DNA of 64,000 bases from an uncultured Chloroflexia bacterium (GTDB lineage Bacteria; Chloroflexota; Limnocylindria; Limnocylindrales; CSP1-4): positions 352,001-416,000 of the forward strand of contig CAWHXD010000007.1 of NCBI GenBank assembly GCA_963833225.1, read 5' to 3'. Both the position numbers and the translations under genes were made by a program. The first letter of the stretch is position 1; the number at the start of each line of letters is the position of its first letter. Shown here piece after piece: positions 9,452 through 18,584 of the stretch. Under the pieces are notes generated by a model. The model searched no databases and was not told where the DNA came from. It saw only the letters and a list, made by a program, of their open reading frames with translations.

Positions 9452-11081
9452 ATGCGTTTCGATCTTCTGGTTCGCGGCGGCCTCCTCATCGACGGATCGG
9501 GCACGCCCGGTCGCCCGGCCGACATCGGCGTCGCGGGCGACCGGGTTGCGGCCGTCGGGGACCTGTCGGCGGTGCCCGACCGCGAGGTCGAGACGGTCAT
9601 CGACGCTGCCGGCCTCGTGGTCGCACCCGGCTTCATCGACCCGCACGGCCACTCGGACGCGACGGCGCTGATCGACGGGGCGCTCGCGAGCCACCTGCGG
9701 CAGGGGTACACGACCCAGCTGTCCGGCAACTGCGGCTACACGCTCGCCCCGCTCACGCCGCCGGCCCGGGCGCTGATTCAGCCGGACCTCGACGCCTGCG
9801 AGCTCGTGGCGCCGTGGTCCACGTTCGCGGAGTACCTCGAGGCGGTCGACGCCCAGCCGCTGGGCCTCAACGTCGCCTTCCTCGTCGGCCACGGCACCAT
9901 CCGGAGCGCGGTCCTCGGCCCGGACGACCGATCGCCGGACGACGCCGAGCTGGCAGCCATGGTCGCGCACGCCGAGGAGGCGCTCGACGCGGGAGCCGTG
10001 GGCGTCTCGACCGGGCTGATCTACGCGCCCGGGATGCATGCCCGGCCCGGGGAGATCGCCGCCGTCGTCGCGGCGGCCGCCCGGCGCGGCCGCCTGTACG
10101 CGACCCACATGCGCAACGAGTCGGCCGACGTGGCGAGCGCCCTCGACGAGGCAATCCTCACCGCGGAGGCAGCGGGCCGCATCGCTGGCCGGGAGGCCCG
10201 CCTCCAGGTGTCCCATCTCAAGGCCGCCGCGGTCTCGGTGTACGGCCAGGGGGCCGCGCTCATCGACCGTCTCGATGCCGCCCGCGCCGCGGGCCTCGAC
10301 GCCGCGGCGGACCAGTACCCGTACACGGCCGCCCACACGACCCTGGCCACGATCCTGCCCCCGGACGTCCTGGCCCTGGACCTCGACGAGACGGTTGCCG
10401 TCCTGCGCGATCCGGCAGGCCGGCGACGCATCCGTGACCTCCAGCGGCGCGGCATCGCGGGCTGGGAGAACGTCGCCGCCGATCCCGGTTGGGCGCGGCC
10501 TCGTGATCGGCTACTCGGCCACGCGGCCCTCGTGGAGCGGCCGGTCGCTCGCCGAGATCGCCGGCTCGGAGGGGGCGGATCCGGCCGACCTCGCAATGGA
10601 CATGCTCGCGGACGAGCGGCTGGCGGTCGACTGCATCGTGCACTGCATGGACGAGGGCGACATCGAGACGATCATGCGGGTGCCATGGATCGCCGTCTGC
10701 ACCGACGCCGAGGCCGTCCGGCCCGGACACGCGATCCTGGACCGCGGCGTGACCCACCCGCGCGCGTACGGCACCACCGCGCGGGTGCTCGGGCGGTACG
10801 TGCGGGAGCGCGGGGTGCTGTCGCTCGAGAGCGCCATCGCCAAGCTCACGTCGGTCCCGGCCGAACGGCTCGGCCTCGCGGACCGGGGCGTCGTACGCGA
10901 GGGGCTGGCCGCCGACCTTGTCGCGATCGACCCGGCGACCGTGCTCGACCGGGCGACCTTCGAGGATCCGGCCCGCTACCCGATCGGGATCCCGCATGTC
11001 GTGGTCAACGGGCGGCCCGTCGTTCGCGACGGCGAGGAGACGGGCGATCGGCCCGGCCGGCTCCTGCGGGCGTCATCCTGA
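9452..11081 (+). pseudogene. N-acyl-D-amino-acid deacylase (D-aminoacylase) with a +1 frameshift near 10494
   Basis: PGFIDPHGHSD, GNCG, STGLIYAPG, HMRNE, SHLK and DQYPY in one frame; HPRAYGT..RVLG.YVRE, G.AADL and VVVNG in the next frame. Confidence 0.85.
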
Positions 11082-11095
11082 CCGCGTCCGCGTTG

Positions 11096-11878
11096 ATGAC
11101 CTCGAACGCCACCACCGAGTCGCCGGCCGTCGCTCGCCTGCCCGGCGGCGTTCTCGCCTACACGCTGCGGCGCAGCGGGCGGGCGACGCGTCTGCGGGTC
11201 ACGATCCACCCGGAGCGGGGCGTCGTGGTTACGGTGCCCGCCGGTGGACGAGGGTGGGGCCATCCCGAGGCGCTCGCGACGTCGTTCCTCGCGGAGCGCG
11301 AGCCGTGGGTCCGCCGGCACCTCGCCCGCCAGATTGCCGCCCGCGCGAGACTCGACGGCCGCGACTCGCTCGACGACGGGCGCCCGGTTCCGTACCGGGG
11401 CATGCCCCACCGGGTGCGCACCGTTCCGGCGCCGCCGGGCCGGCGGGCGACCGCCGTCTCCCGGGTGGGTGGCGACGACGGTGACGAGCTGCTCGTCGAG
11501 CGGGTCGCTCGTGACCGACGGACCACTGCCGCGATCCTCGAAGCCTGGTTCCGCGAGCGGGCGCGCGCCGCGCTCCAGCGCGCCGTGGACCATCACGCCG
11601 CGGCGCTCGGTGTGCGGCCCCGGAGCCTCACCATCCGTGACACAACCTCGCGCTGGGGCAGTTGCTCGCGGAAGGGAGCGGTGTCCTTCAGCTGGCGCCT
11701 GGTCCTCGCCCCGCCCGAGGCCCTCGAGACCGTGGCCGCGCACGAGCTGTGCCACCTGAAGGTGTTCGGCCACTCGGATCGGTTCTGGGCGCTGCTCTCG
11801 ACCCGCGTTCCGGACCACGCGACGTGGCGGCGCTGGCTGCGCAAGCACGCCCCGGAGCTCCACTCGGCGCTGACCTGA
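11096..11878 (+). CDS. M48/YgjP (DUF45) family metal-dependent hydrolase
   Basis: SRWGSCS, FSWRL, HELCHL (HExxH), HS.RFW. Confidence 0.85.
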   Translation: MTSNATTESPAVARLPGGVLAYTLRRSGRATRLRVTIHPERGVVVTVPAGGRGWGHPEALATSFLAEREPWVRRHLARQIAARARLDGRDSLDDGRPVPYRGMPHRVRTVPAPPGRRATAVSRVGGDDGDELLVERVARDRRTTAAILEAWFRERARAALQRAVDHHAAALGVRPRSLTIRDTTSRWGSCSRKGAVSFSWRLVLAPPEALETVAAHELCHLKVFGHSDRFWALLSTRVPDHATWRRWLRKHAPELHSALT

Positions 11879-11964
11879 CGCATCCGGGAACCAAACCGCA
11901 GCCCTCGCGCGTCATACGCGCGCCTGCAGCCCATCCTGCCCCTCATCCTTCATGCCGAGGTTCC

Positions 11965-12627
11965 ATGACCACGCGGTCCGCTCCCGTCATCACCGCCCTC
12001 GCCGCGATCGGCCTGCTCGCTGCCGCGTGCGGCGGCACGCTGCCGACGCCGTCCCCCGTCCCGTCCGCCAGCCCCGTGCCCAGCCTGGAGGCATCTGTCC
12101 CCACGCCGGTCGCCGACCCCACGCCCGTTCTCACGCCGGGCGAGACGCCCATCGTGGGTGCCGTGGACGGCTCGCAGGACGGACCCAAGCTCTCGATCGT
12201 CGCCGTGGACGACGACACGATCGTCGCAACCATCGCCGATCCGGCCGCGAAGGCGTGGCGCATCAGCGTCGCCGGGACGGGCCCCTTGGGCGGCGATCGC
12301 TGGGACATCGTCGTCGAGACCGGTGACATCGGCCCTGTCGTCAGCGTGACCCAGGTCCAGGACGGTCGCGTGACGGACGTCATGGACCTGACCGGGTTCA
12401 TGGAGCCGACGGCAGCCGCCGGCGGCTGCCACGCCACCCTGCCCGTCTGCCTCGACTCAACGGGGTTCACCATCCCCGAGGGCAAGCACCGGTTCTCGGT
12501 CCGCCTCCATCTCCCGGAGGGCCAGGTGCCGCTGGTGATCCGCGGCGCCAGCGCGGCCTGGGACGGCGAGCCGTTCATCCTGGGCCCGTGGCACGAGACC
12601 GAGGCGTTCCCCTGGGGCGAGGGCTGA
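11965..12627 (+). CDS. Hypothetical lipoprotein
   Basis: Signal peptide with lipobox LAAAC, Pro/Ser/Thr linker, globular C-terminal part. Confidence 0.7.
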   Translation: MTTRSAPVITALAAIGLLAAACGGTLPTPSPVPSASPVPSLEASVPTPVADPTPVLTPGETPIVGAVDGSQDGPKLSIVAVDDDTIVATIADPAAKAWRISVAGTGPLGGDRWDIVVETGDIGPVVSVTQVQDGRVTDVMDLTGFMEPTAAAGGCHATLPVCLDSTGFTIPEGKHRFSVRLHLPEGQVPLVIRGASAAWDGEPFILGPWHETEAFPWGEG

Positions 12628-12659
12628 GCCCGGGGCCCCGGCTCCTCGCAGACACGACG

Positions 12660-12685
12660 ACGCCCGCCTCGATCGAGGCGGGCGT
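12660..12685. terminator. Hairpin between the convergent lipoprotein and tRNA genes
   Basis: Perfect inverted repeat ACGCCCGCCTCGA/TCGAGGCGGGCGT followed by TT. Confidence 0.7.
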
Positions 12686-12701
12686 TTCGATTCCGGGTTG
12701 C

Positions 12702-12786
12702 TGGTGGGCCGGGGCAGAATTGAACTGCCACAGCCGAAGGCGAGGGTTTTACAGACCCTTGGGCTCACCACCTGCCCAACCGACCC
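12702..12786 (-). tRNA. tRNA-Tyr(GTA)
   Basis: GGGTCGG/CCGGCCC acceptor stem, anticodon loop CTGTAAA, long variable arm, GTTCAAT T-loop, encoded CCA. Confidence 0.9.
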
Positions 12787-12790
12787 ACGA

Positions 12791-12866
<76 letters not shown>

Positions 12867-12961
12867 ACGGGAGCCGCACCCGACGAGTCGGGTCGACCGG
12901 CCGGGAAGTGTAGCACGCGACGACCGGCATTCTGAACGGTGCGAGTGGCTAGACTCGCGCG

Positions 12962-13861
12962 ATGCCCACCGGCCTGATCCTCGGCCTGCTCGCTTCGTTC
13001 GGCTGGGGGGCGCTCGACATCGCGGTCGCCCTCTCGACACGCACGGTGGGGACCCTGCGCGTCCTCGTGGGCTCGCAGCTGGTCAGCCTGGCCACGCTGG
13101 TCGTCATCGGCCTGCTGCAGCCCGCGCTCCTCGGCTCGTCACCGATCGAGGGCCTGATCGCCGGCTTCCCCCTGGGTCTGCTGGCCGCCATCGCCTATCT
13201 CTCGTACTTCACGGCGCTCCACCTGGGCCCGCTGAGCATCGTCAGCCCGGTCGTCGTCGCGTATGGCGGCGTGACGGTCGCGGCGGCGGTCGTCCTGCGC
13301 GGCGAGGTCCTCACCGCGCCGCAGGTTGCCGGCGTGCTGCTGGTCACGGCGGGTGTCGCCCTCGCGGGGCTGGTGATCGAGTCTGGTGGCGGGCGGCGGA
13401 TGCGGCTGGCGAGCCTTGGCGTGGCGGCCGCGGTGATCGCGCTGATCGGCTTCGCGATTCTCACCCTCGGCCTCGCGGATCCGATCCGGGCGCACGGCTG
13501 GCTGCCGGTCATCACCGGGTCGCGGCTGGGCAACAACGTCGGGGCGCTGACCCTGCTCGTGCTGGCCCTGGGTACCCGATCGCGCCGCCTCGCCCCGATG
13601 CTGGCGCCGTCCCTTCCCTGGACCCGGTCGGTGGTCATGTTCGTGATGCTCGGCGGGGCGTTCGACGTGGCGGCGTTCGTGGCCTACGCGATCGGTCTCG
13701 GGATCGCGCCGGTCTGGCTGATCGGGTTGTCGAGCTCGCTGGGGCCCGTGCTGCCGGTGGTCTACGCGATCGGCTGGCTGGGGGAGCGGCCGCGCCCGAC
13801 CCAGTGGGTGGGGCTGGCGCTGATCGTCGGCGGCATGGTGTCGCTGGCGCTCTCGGGATAG
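12962..13861 (+). CDS. EamA/DMT family transporter
   Basis: About 10 TM helices in two repeats; AL..GPLSIVSP, LGER. Confidence 0.85.
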   Translation: MPTGLILGLLASFGWGALDIAVALSTRTVGTLRVLVGSQLVSLATLVVIGLLQPALLGSSPIEGLIAGFPLGLLAAIAYLSYFTALHLGPLSIVSPVVVAYGGVTVAAAVVLRGEVLTAPQVAGVLLVTAGVALAGLVIESGGGRRMRLASLGVAAAVIALIGFAILTLGLADPIRAHGWLPVITGSRLGNNVGALTLLVLALGTRSRRLAPMLAPSLPWTRSVVMFVMLGGAFDVAAFVAYAIGLGIAPVWLIGLSSSLGPVLPVVYAIGWLGERPRPTQWVGLALIVGGMVSLALSG

Positions 13862-13917
13862 GGCAGCGGTTCACGGGGCGCCTCGCCGTGGTCGTCGTGC
13901 CAAGCCTGGTCCCGCTC

Positions 13918-13945
13918 TTGACTAGTAGAACATTCGTTCTATTAT
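13918..13945 (+). promoter_or_regulatory. SOS promoter with LexA-type box upstream of imuA
   Basis: TTGACT (13918-13923), TAGAACATTCGTTCTA (13926-13941; GAAC-N4-GTTC), TATTAT (13940-13945). Confidence 0.85.
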
Positions 13946-13955
13946 TGGACGTCCG

Positions 13956-15239
13956 ATGGCCCGCGCATCCGACGTCTCCGAGGCACTCACGACGCTCCAG
14001 GCCCGCTGGGGCGCGGCCGCTCCGCGCCGTGGTGGGGACCTGGGCCTGACCACCGAAGGCGCCCTCGCCCTTGCTCCGATGACGGCGCCGGACACCCGCC
14101 CGGAGCTCGTGCCGGACCCAGGTCACCCGGGTGCACCGGACCCGCTCGCGCCCGGCCCGCTCGCACCCGTCATCACGCGTCGGCCGGGCCTCCCAACCCC
14201 CGACACGGACGGGCGCGTGGTGTCCACCGGGTTCGCGGCGCTGGACGCCATCCTCGGGCCCGGCGGGCTTCCCCGGGACTCCACCGTCGCGCTTCGAGGC
14301 GCCCCCTCGTCCGGGCGCACGACGGTCGCGCTGCGGGTCGCCGCGGAGGCACAGGCTGGCGGAGCCATCGTCGCCTGGCTGGACCTCGCCCGTGCCTTCG
14401 ACCCGGTGGAGGCGGTCGCCCGTGGCGTCTGCCCGGAGTGGCTCGTGGTGCTGTCGCCGGTGGACCTCGAGGAGGCGCTGGCTCTTGCCGGGGCGCTGCT
14501 CGCGGCGCGGACGGTGGACCTGCTGGTGATGGACCTGCCGGAGGGTCGGGATCCCGCGATCACCGGCAAGCGGGTGGGGGACCGGCTGGGGCGGCTCACG
14601 GCGCTGGCACGCCGCGCGGGAACGCTGCTCGTGGTGTTGGAGCCCGCCAGTCTCGGCCGTGCCCTTGCGACCGCCATCGCGGAGGCGAGTGGCCTGCGCC
14701 TGGAGCTCCGGCGATCCGGCTGGGTCCGCCTGGGTCGGGATGTCGTGGGCCAGCGGAGCGCCGTGGAGGTGGCCCGCAACCGCTACGGGCCGCCGGGCCG
14801 CCGCGCCACGCTGGAGATCCTGTACGCGGAAGGGGGTCCGAGGGACGCCTGCCTCGCTCGTCCGGACCTGCTCGCCGGCCTGGCCGCCCCGGCCGCTCCG
14901 CCGGGCACGCCACGCCCCGCGGCGGCGTCCTCGTCGTCCCAGCCTCACATCGATCCGAAAGGCCCCCCGCTATCGGCCGATACCCATGCGCCTGCTGCAC
15001 CTGCTCTGGCCCCACCTGCCCCTGCGCCTGGCACGGGCGAGGGTGGAGGCCCCGTCGCCCGACGGCACCTCCGGCTCGTGGCCGCCCGGTCCGATCGTCC
15101 TCGGCGGACAGCCCTGGACGGACGGGGCCGTGGTGGACGCGGATCCCCTCGCGCGTGCGCTCGGCGTGCGACGGGGGATCCCGCTCGGGAGCGCCCATCG
15201 GCTCGCACCCGAGGCGACCTTCCTCGACCTCGCGCCTGA
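13956..15239 (+). CDS. imuA: RecA-like SOS mutagenesis accessory protein (ImuA-like)
   Basis: VSTGFAALDAILG.GGLP, degenerate Walker A GAPSSGRTT, DLLVMD Walker B, VEVARNRYGPPG; lies upstream of imuB under an SOS box. C-terminal ~100 aa are low-complexity and overlap imuB. Confidence 0.75.
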   Translation: MARASDVSEALTTLQARWGAAAPRRGGDLGLTTEGALALAPMTAPDTRPELVPDPGHPGAPDPLAPGPLAPVITRRPGLPTPDTDGRVVSTGFAALDAILGPGGLPRDSTVALRGAPSSGRTTVALRVAAEAQAGGAIVAWLDLARAFDPVEAVARGVCPEWLVVLSPVDLEEALALAGALLAARTVDLLVMDLPEGRDPAITGKRVGDRLGRLTALARRAGTLLVVLEPASLGRALATAIAEASGLRLELRRSGWVRLGRDVVGQRSAVEVARNRYGPPGRRATLEILYAEGGPRDACLARPDLLAGLAAPAAPPGTPRPAAASSSSQPHIDPKGPPLSADTHAPAAPALAPPAPAPGTGEGGGPVARRHLRLVAARSDRPRRTALDGRGRGGRGSPRACARRATGDPARERPSARTRGDLPRPRA

Positions 15240-16287
15240 CGCTGACCGGGACGCGGTCGAGGCCGCCTGCGATCGGCTGGCGGTGTTCAGCCCCGGCATC
15301 GCCGGCACGAGCGACGTCGCGGACCCCGCCTTCGGACGGATCGCGATCCACGTGGACGGTCTGGTCCGCCTGTGGGGGATCGAGGAGACGCTCGTTGCCC
15401 GGATGACAGCGGCGCTTGCCCCGGCCCTGCCCGGCCCTCCTCGTGCGGGGATCGCGGGCACGGCGTTCGCGGCGTCGGTCGCGGCGGCGCACGCGGCGGA
15501 GGGCGGCCCGCCGCTGCTGGTCCCGCCCGGCGACGACGCGCCGTTCCTCGCGACCTACCCGGCGCGCCTGCTCACGCGGGACGCGGACGTCCGGGCGCGG
15601 CTGGCCCGGTTCGGGTTGCGGACGATCGGGTCGGTGGCCGGGCTGCCGCGCTCGGCGCTGGTGGCCAGGTTTGGCGACGAGGGGGCATTGCTCCATGCCC
15701 GGGCGCACGGCGAGGAGACCGAGCGCTTCCGGCCTCGCAGCGCCCCCGAGCGGATGGCCCTGGGTCTCTCGCTGGAGCCCCCGGCAGAGGGCCTCGAGGG
15801 GGTGCGCTTCGTCCTCCGCCGCCTGGCCGGTGCCCTCGCGGACCAGCTGGTGGCGCGCGGCAGGGCTGCGGGGCTTGCGAGGCTCACCGTGACCCACGAC
15901 CTCGCGTTCGCCCGGCACGGGACGCCACTGGAGCTCTGGATCGAGCAGCGCTTTCCTGAGCCCACCGCGGATGCCGAAGCCATCGAGCGGCTGCTCCTCG
16001 CTCGCCTCGAGACGGCCCCCCCACCAGCCGCTGTCGCGCACCTTGAGCTGGAGCTGGGGCTGGTGGAGCCGGCGCGGGGCCAGCAGCTGCCGCTGTTCAC
16101 TCCCCAGGCGGCCCGCGATGCCCGCCTTGCCTGGCAGCTGGCGCGCCTGGCCATCGCGTTTGGCGCGGACCGGGTGCGGCGGGTGGAGCTGGCCGACCCG
16201 GAGGCGCCGCTCCCCGAGGCCCGCTGGCGCTGGCTGCCGGTGGCCGGGATCGCGGTGACGGACGGGGATCGCGAGGGTCGGCCATGA
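14986..16287 (+). CDS. imuB: Y-family polymerase-like accessory protein (ImuB-like)
   Basis: ARALGVRRG..L..A, FSP, L.RFGLRTIG....LPR..L.ARFG, beta-clamp motif QLPLF; no intact Y-family catalytic DE motif seen. Confidence 0.8.
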   Translation: MRLLHLLWPHLPLRLARARVEAPSPDGTSGSWPPGPIVLGGQPWTDGAVVDADPLARALGVRRGIPLGSAHRLAPEATFLDLAPDADRDAVEAACDRLAVFSPGIAGTSDVADPAFGRIAIHVDGLVRLWGIEETLVARMTAALAPALPGPPRAGIAGTAFAASVAAAHAAEGGPPLLVPPGDDAPFLATYPARLLTRDADVRARLARFGLRTIGSVAGLPRSALVARFGDEGALLHARAHGEETERFRPRSAPERMALGLSLEPPAEGLEGVRFVLRRLAGALADQLVARGRAAGLARLTVTHDLAFARHGTPLELWIEQRFPEPTADAEAIERLLLARLETAPPPAAVAHLELELGLVEPARGQQLPLFTPQAARDARLAWQLARLAIAFGADRVRRVELADPEAPLPEARWRWLPVAGIAVTDGDREGRP

Positions 16288-16532
16288 CGCGGCTGTTGCG
16301 CGAGCACCCGCTGATCGACGCGGAGCTGGACGAGGCAGGGCGCCTCGTGGCGATCCGCTGGAACGGCCACCGGGAGCCAATCGAGGTCTGCAACCGGTGG
16401 CGGGTGGAGGAATCCTGGTGGCGCGAGCCGATCGCGCGGGACTATTTCAAGGTCGTGGGTCCGTCGTGGCTGGCGCTCGTGTACCTGGACCGGGCGGCCG
16501 GGACGTGGCACCTGGAGCGGCTCTACGACTGA
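16284..16532 (+). CDS. Small DUF6504-like protein resembling an ImuB C-terminal domain
   Basis: ATGA overlap with the imuB stop; RW...WW....RDYF.V......VY.D....W.L...YD. Confidence 0.75.
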   Translation: MTRLLREHPLIDAELDEAGRLVAIRWNGHREPIEVCNRWRVEESWWREPIARDYFKVVGPSWLALVYLDRAAGTWHLERLYD

Positions 16533-16533
16533 A

Positions 16534-16552
16534 CCCCGCGCAGATCGCGGGG
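16534..16552. terminator. Short hairpin between convergent genes
   Basis: CCCCGCG-CAGAT-CGCGGGG immediately after the DUF6504-like stop. Confidence 0.4.
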
Positions 16553-16583
16553 CTGGCGGCGACCGGTCGGTCGGCGGGCGGCG

Positions 16584-16691
16584 TCAGCGGACGGCCGGCG
16601 ACCCGAGCAGGGCTGTGATCACGAACAGCACGAGGAACAGCCCCACGACAAGGGCCAGCAATCCAAGGTCGCGCGGTCGTGTCGTCTGCAC
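16584..16691 (-). CDS. Small single-TM peptide, 35 aa (MQTTRPRDLGLLALVVGLFLVLFVITALLGSPAVR)
   Basis: Translated by hand (GTG to TGA); uninterrupted hydrophobic helix, mostly G/C-ending codons; below the ORF-track cut-off. Confidence 0.55.
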   Translation of the reverse strand: MQTTRPRDLGLLALVVGLFLVLFVITALLGSPAVR

Positions 16692-16772
16692 CGTTGCCCG
16701 TCATCCCCATCCCGGACCGGATCCGGCCGGTCGCCGACGGGTAGACGGCGCGCGCCGCCCAGTTGTTGCGAC

Positions 16773-16871
16773 CTACGCGGGCAGCGCGCCCAGGACGATC
16801 AGCACGATGCACGCGGCCAGGACCAGGGCCAGCAGGCCGGCGCCCAGGACCTCGCGCGGTGTCGGTTCCAT
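16773..16871 (-). CDS. Small single-TM peptide, 32 aa (MEPTPREVLGAGLLALVLAACIVLIVLGALPA)
   Basis: ATG 16871 with AGGAGA upstream; hydrophobic helix; strong GC3 bias. Confidence 0.6.
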   Translation of the reverse strand: MEPTPREVLGAGLLALVLAACIVLIVLGALPA

Positions 16872-16897
16872 CGGGTTCTGTATCTCCTCGCTGTCGT

Positions 16898-17476
16898 TCA
16901 GCCCTCGCCGCCGGCGCAGCCGGCACCGTAGCGCACGATGATCATCGTCGATCCGCCTGCCGGGCGGAAGGTCGTCTGCACGCGGCACTCGGGGAGGTCC
17001 GACGCGAGGTCGAGGACCCGCGTCCCATCCTCCAGCGGTGAGCCGAGGTCAACCTGCGCCCAGCCCAGGTCCATGAACGCCGAGACGTACCAGGGGGCCA
17101 CGCTGTCAACGCCGGCATCGGTGATCCAGGCGCCGCTCACGGGCTCGTCGATGCCATCGGCGATGCTTGCGCCCGGGTAGACCGGGAACCCGTTGGGCAC
17201 GCGGTCGAGGATCGTGCCCCAGTCGGTGACCGTCGTCGCGGGCCGGTCCGGGATCTCGAGCGAGCCGGTGGCGCCGCCGGGAACTGGTGTGAGCTCGGCC
17301 GGTGATGGCGCGATCTGGCTCGCCGGCGCCGGGCCGGCGGGCGACGCCGTGGCTGGACCGGCGGCCCCCGTGCCCGATGGTCCCGGACCCCCGCACGCCG
17401 CGAGCGATACGGCAAGCGACGCGGCGACCAGCACCATCGGGAGCGCGGCGAACGGACGACGGATCGTGGTCGGCAT
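16898..17476 (-). CDS. Hypothetical lipoprotein
   Basis: Lipobox SLAAC, Pro-rich linker, P.GFPVYPGA...WY domain; TAGGAT -10 box 7 nt before ATG 17476 (leaderless). Confidence 0.7.
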   Translation of the reverse strand: MPTTIRRPFAALPMVLVAASLAVSLAACGGPGPSGTGAAGPATASPAGPAPASQIAPSPAELTPVPGGATGSLEIPDRPATTVTDWGTILDRVPNGFPVYPGASIADGIDEPVSGAWITDAGVDSVAPWYVSAFMDLGWAQVDLGSPLEDGTRVLDLASDLPECRVQTTFRPAGGSTMIIVRYGAGCAGGEG

Positions 17477-17500
17477 CGGGTTCATCCTACCCGCGGCACG

Positions 17501-17535
17501 AAGAAGGACCCTCGTCGCCCCAGCGACGAGGGTCC
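17501..17535 (-). terminator. Intrinsic terminator after the 45-aa peptide gene
   Basis: GGACCCTCGTCGC/GCGACGAGGGTCC stem followed by TTCTT on the minus strand. Confidence 0.7.
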
Positions 17536-17566
17536 GAGGGGAACCGGGCTGCCCAGGTCCCGGTTG

Positions 17567-17704
17567 CTACCCGGCCGCCTCCACGATCGCGGGGAGAAGG
17601 CCCAGGATCACGATCGATGCCAGCACGACCGCCGCTGCCCGGAGGAGGACCTCCAGGGCAACCGGGTGGCTCGTGGGATGACGAAGATCGGCAATCACGG
17701 GCAT
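17567..17704 (-). CDS. Small single-TM peptide, 45 aa (MPVIADLRHPTSHPVALEVLLRAAAVVLASIVILGLLPAIVEAAG)
   Basis: Translated by hand (ATG 17704 to TAG 17567); TM helix; followed by its own terminator. Confidence 0.6.
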   Translation of the reverse strand: MPVIADLRHPTSHPVALEVLLRAAAVVLASIVILGLLPAIVEAAG

Positions 17705-17829
17705 CAGACGCACGAGGTCCCCGCTTGGTTGCACCGCCGTCGCAAGTTCTTGACGGAGCCCCAGGAGCAGCGGAAACCGACGCCCGCTCTACAATCGGCG
17801 GCGTTCCTCTCACCGCCCGAGATCTCCCC

Positions 17830-18489
17830 GTGCCCGACACTGTCCAGCCTGTCGTCCTGCCCGGCCGGTTCCGCGCCGTGGTGTTCGACATGGACGGGCT
17901 GCTGCTGGACTCGGAGCCGCTGTGGCACGACGCCGAGCGGGAGCTCCTGGCTCGTCATGGCGACACGTTCTCCGGGGCCGACCTGGTCGCCTCGCACGGG
18001 CGTGCCCTCGTTGACACCGCCGCCGCCTATTCAGACCGCCTCGGCCTCACCGCAGCGGCGATCGAGGAGGAGATCGCCGAGATCATGCTCGCCCACTACG
18101 TCGCGGGCGCACCGTTCCATGCCGGGGCCCGGGAGCTGATCGAGGCGCTGGACGGCCGGCTGGCGATGGCGGTCGCGTCGAACACGGCCGGGAGCCTCGT
18201 TCGCCACGCGCTCGACGCGGCGGGGCTCCAGGTGTTCGACGTGGTGACGTCGGGGACCGATCTCGGACGGCCGAAGCCGGCGCCGGATGTCTACCTGGCT
18301 GCCTGTGCGGGCCTGGGTGTCGATCCCGGCGACGCGGTGGCGTTCGAGGATTCGCCGATGGGTGTCCGGTCAGCGCTCGACGCGGGGATGTTCGTGGTGG
18401 GCATCCCGGAGCGCGGGGACGTGGATCTTGCCGCCGCGGGCGCGCACGCGGTCCTGCGCTCGCTCGAGGAGGTCGTGGTCGAGGGCTGA
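17830..18489 (+). CDS. HAD family phosphatase (subfamily IA)
   Basis: FDMDGLLLDSE, VASN, KPAPD.Y, FEDS..G..SA..AGM. Confidence 0.9.
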   Translation: MPDTVQPVVLPGRFRAVVFDMDGLLLDSEPLWHDAERELLARHGDTFSGADLVASHGRALVDTAAAYSDRLGLTAAAIEEEIAEIMLAHYVAGAPFHAGARELIEALDGRLAMAVASNTAGSLVRHALDAAGLQVFDVVTSGTDLGRPKPAPDVYLAACAGLGVDPGDAVAFEDSPMGVRSALDAGMFVVGIPERGDVDLAAAGAHAVLRSLEEVVVEG

Positions 18490-18528
18490 GGGGTCGGCAA
18501 GGGGACCGCCTGCCGCGGGCGGCGGGGC

Positions 18529-18557
18529 TGGACTGGATCGAACACCTGTTCTATTCT
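18529..18557 (+). promoter_or_regulatory. Second SOS promoter with LexA-type box upstream of dnaE2
   Basis: TGGACT (18529-18534), CGAACACCTGTTCT (18539-18552), TATTCT (18552-18557); same layout as the imuA promoter. Confidence 0.8.
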
Positions 18558-18584
18558 TCCTTCCCGCCCCCGGGAGCTGCCACC

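Noticed and set aside
9308-11878. 856-aa ORF appearing to fuse D-aminoacylase to an M48 peptidase
   Set aside because: Artefact of the frameshift near 10494. The middle ~200 aa is off-frame junk while the true deacylase C-terminus is in another frame.
12628-12790. tRNA 3' ends as an island integration site
   Set aside because: No integrase and no duplicated tRNA 3' fragment seen in the window.
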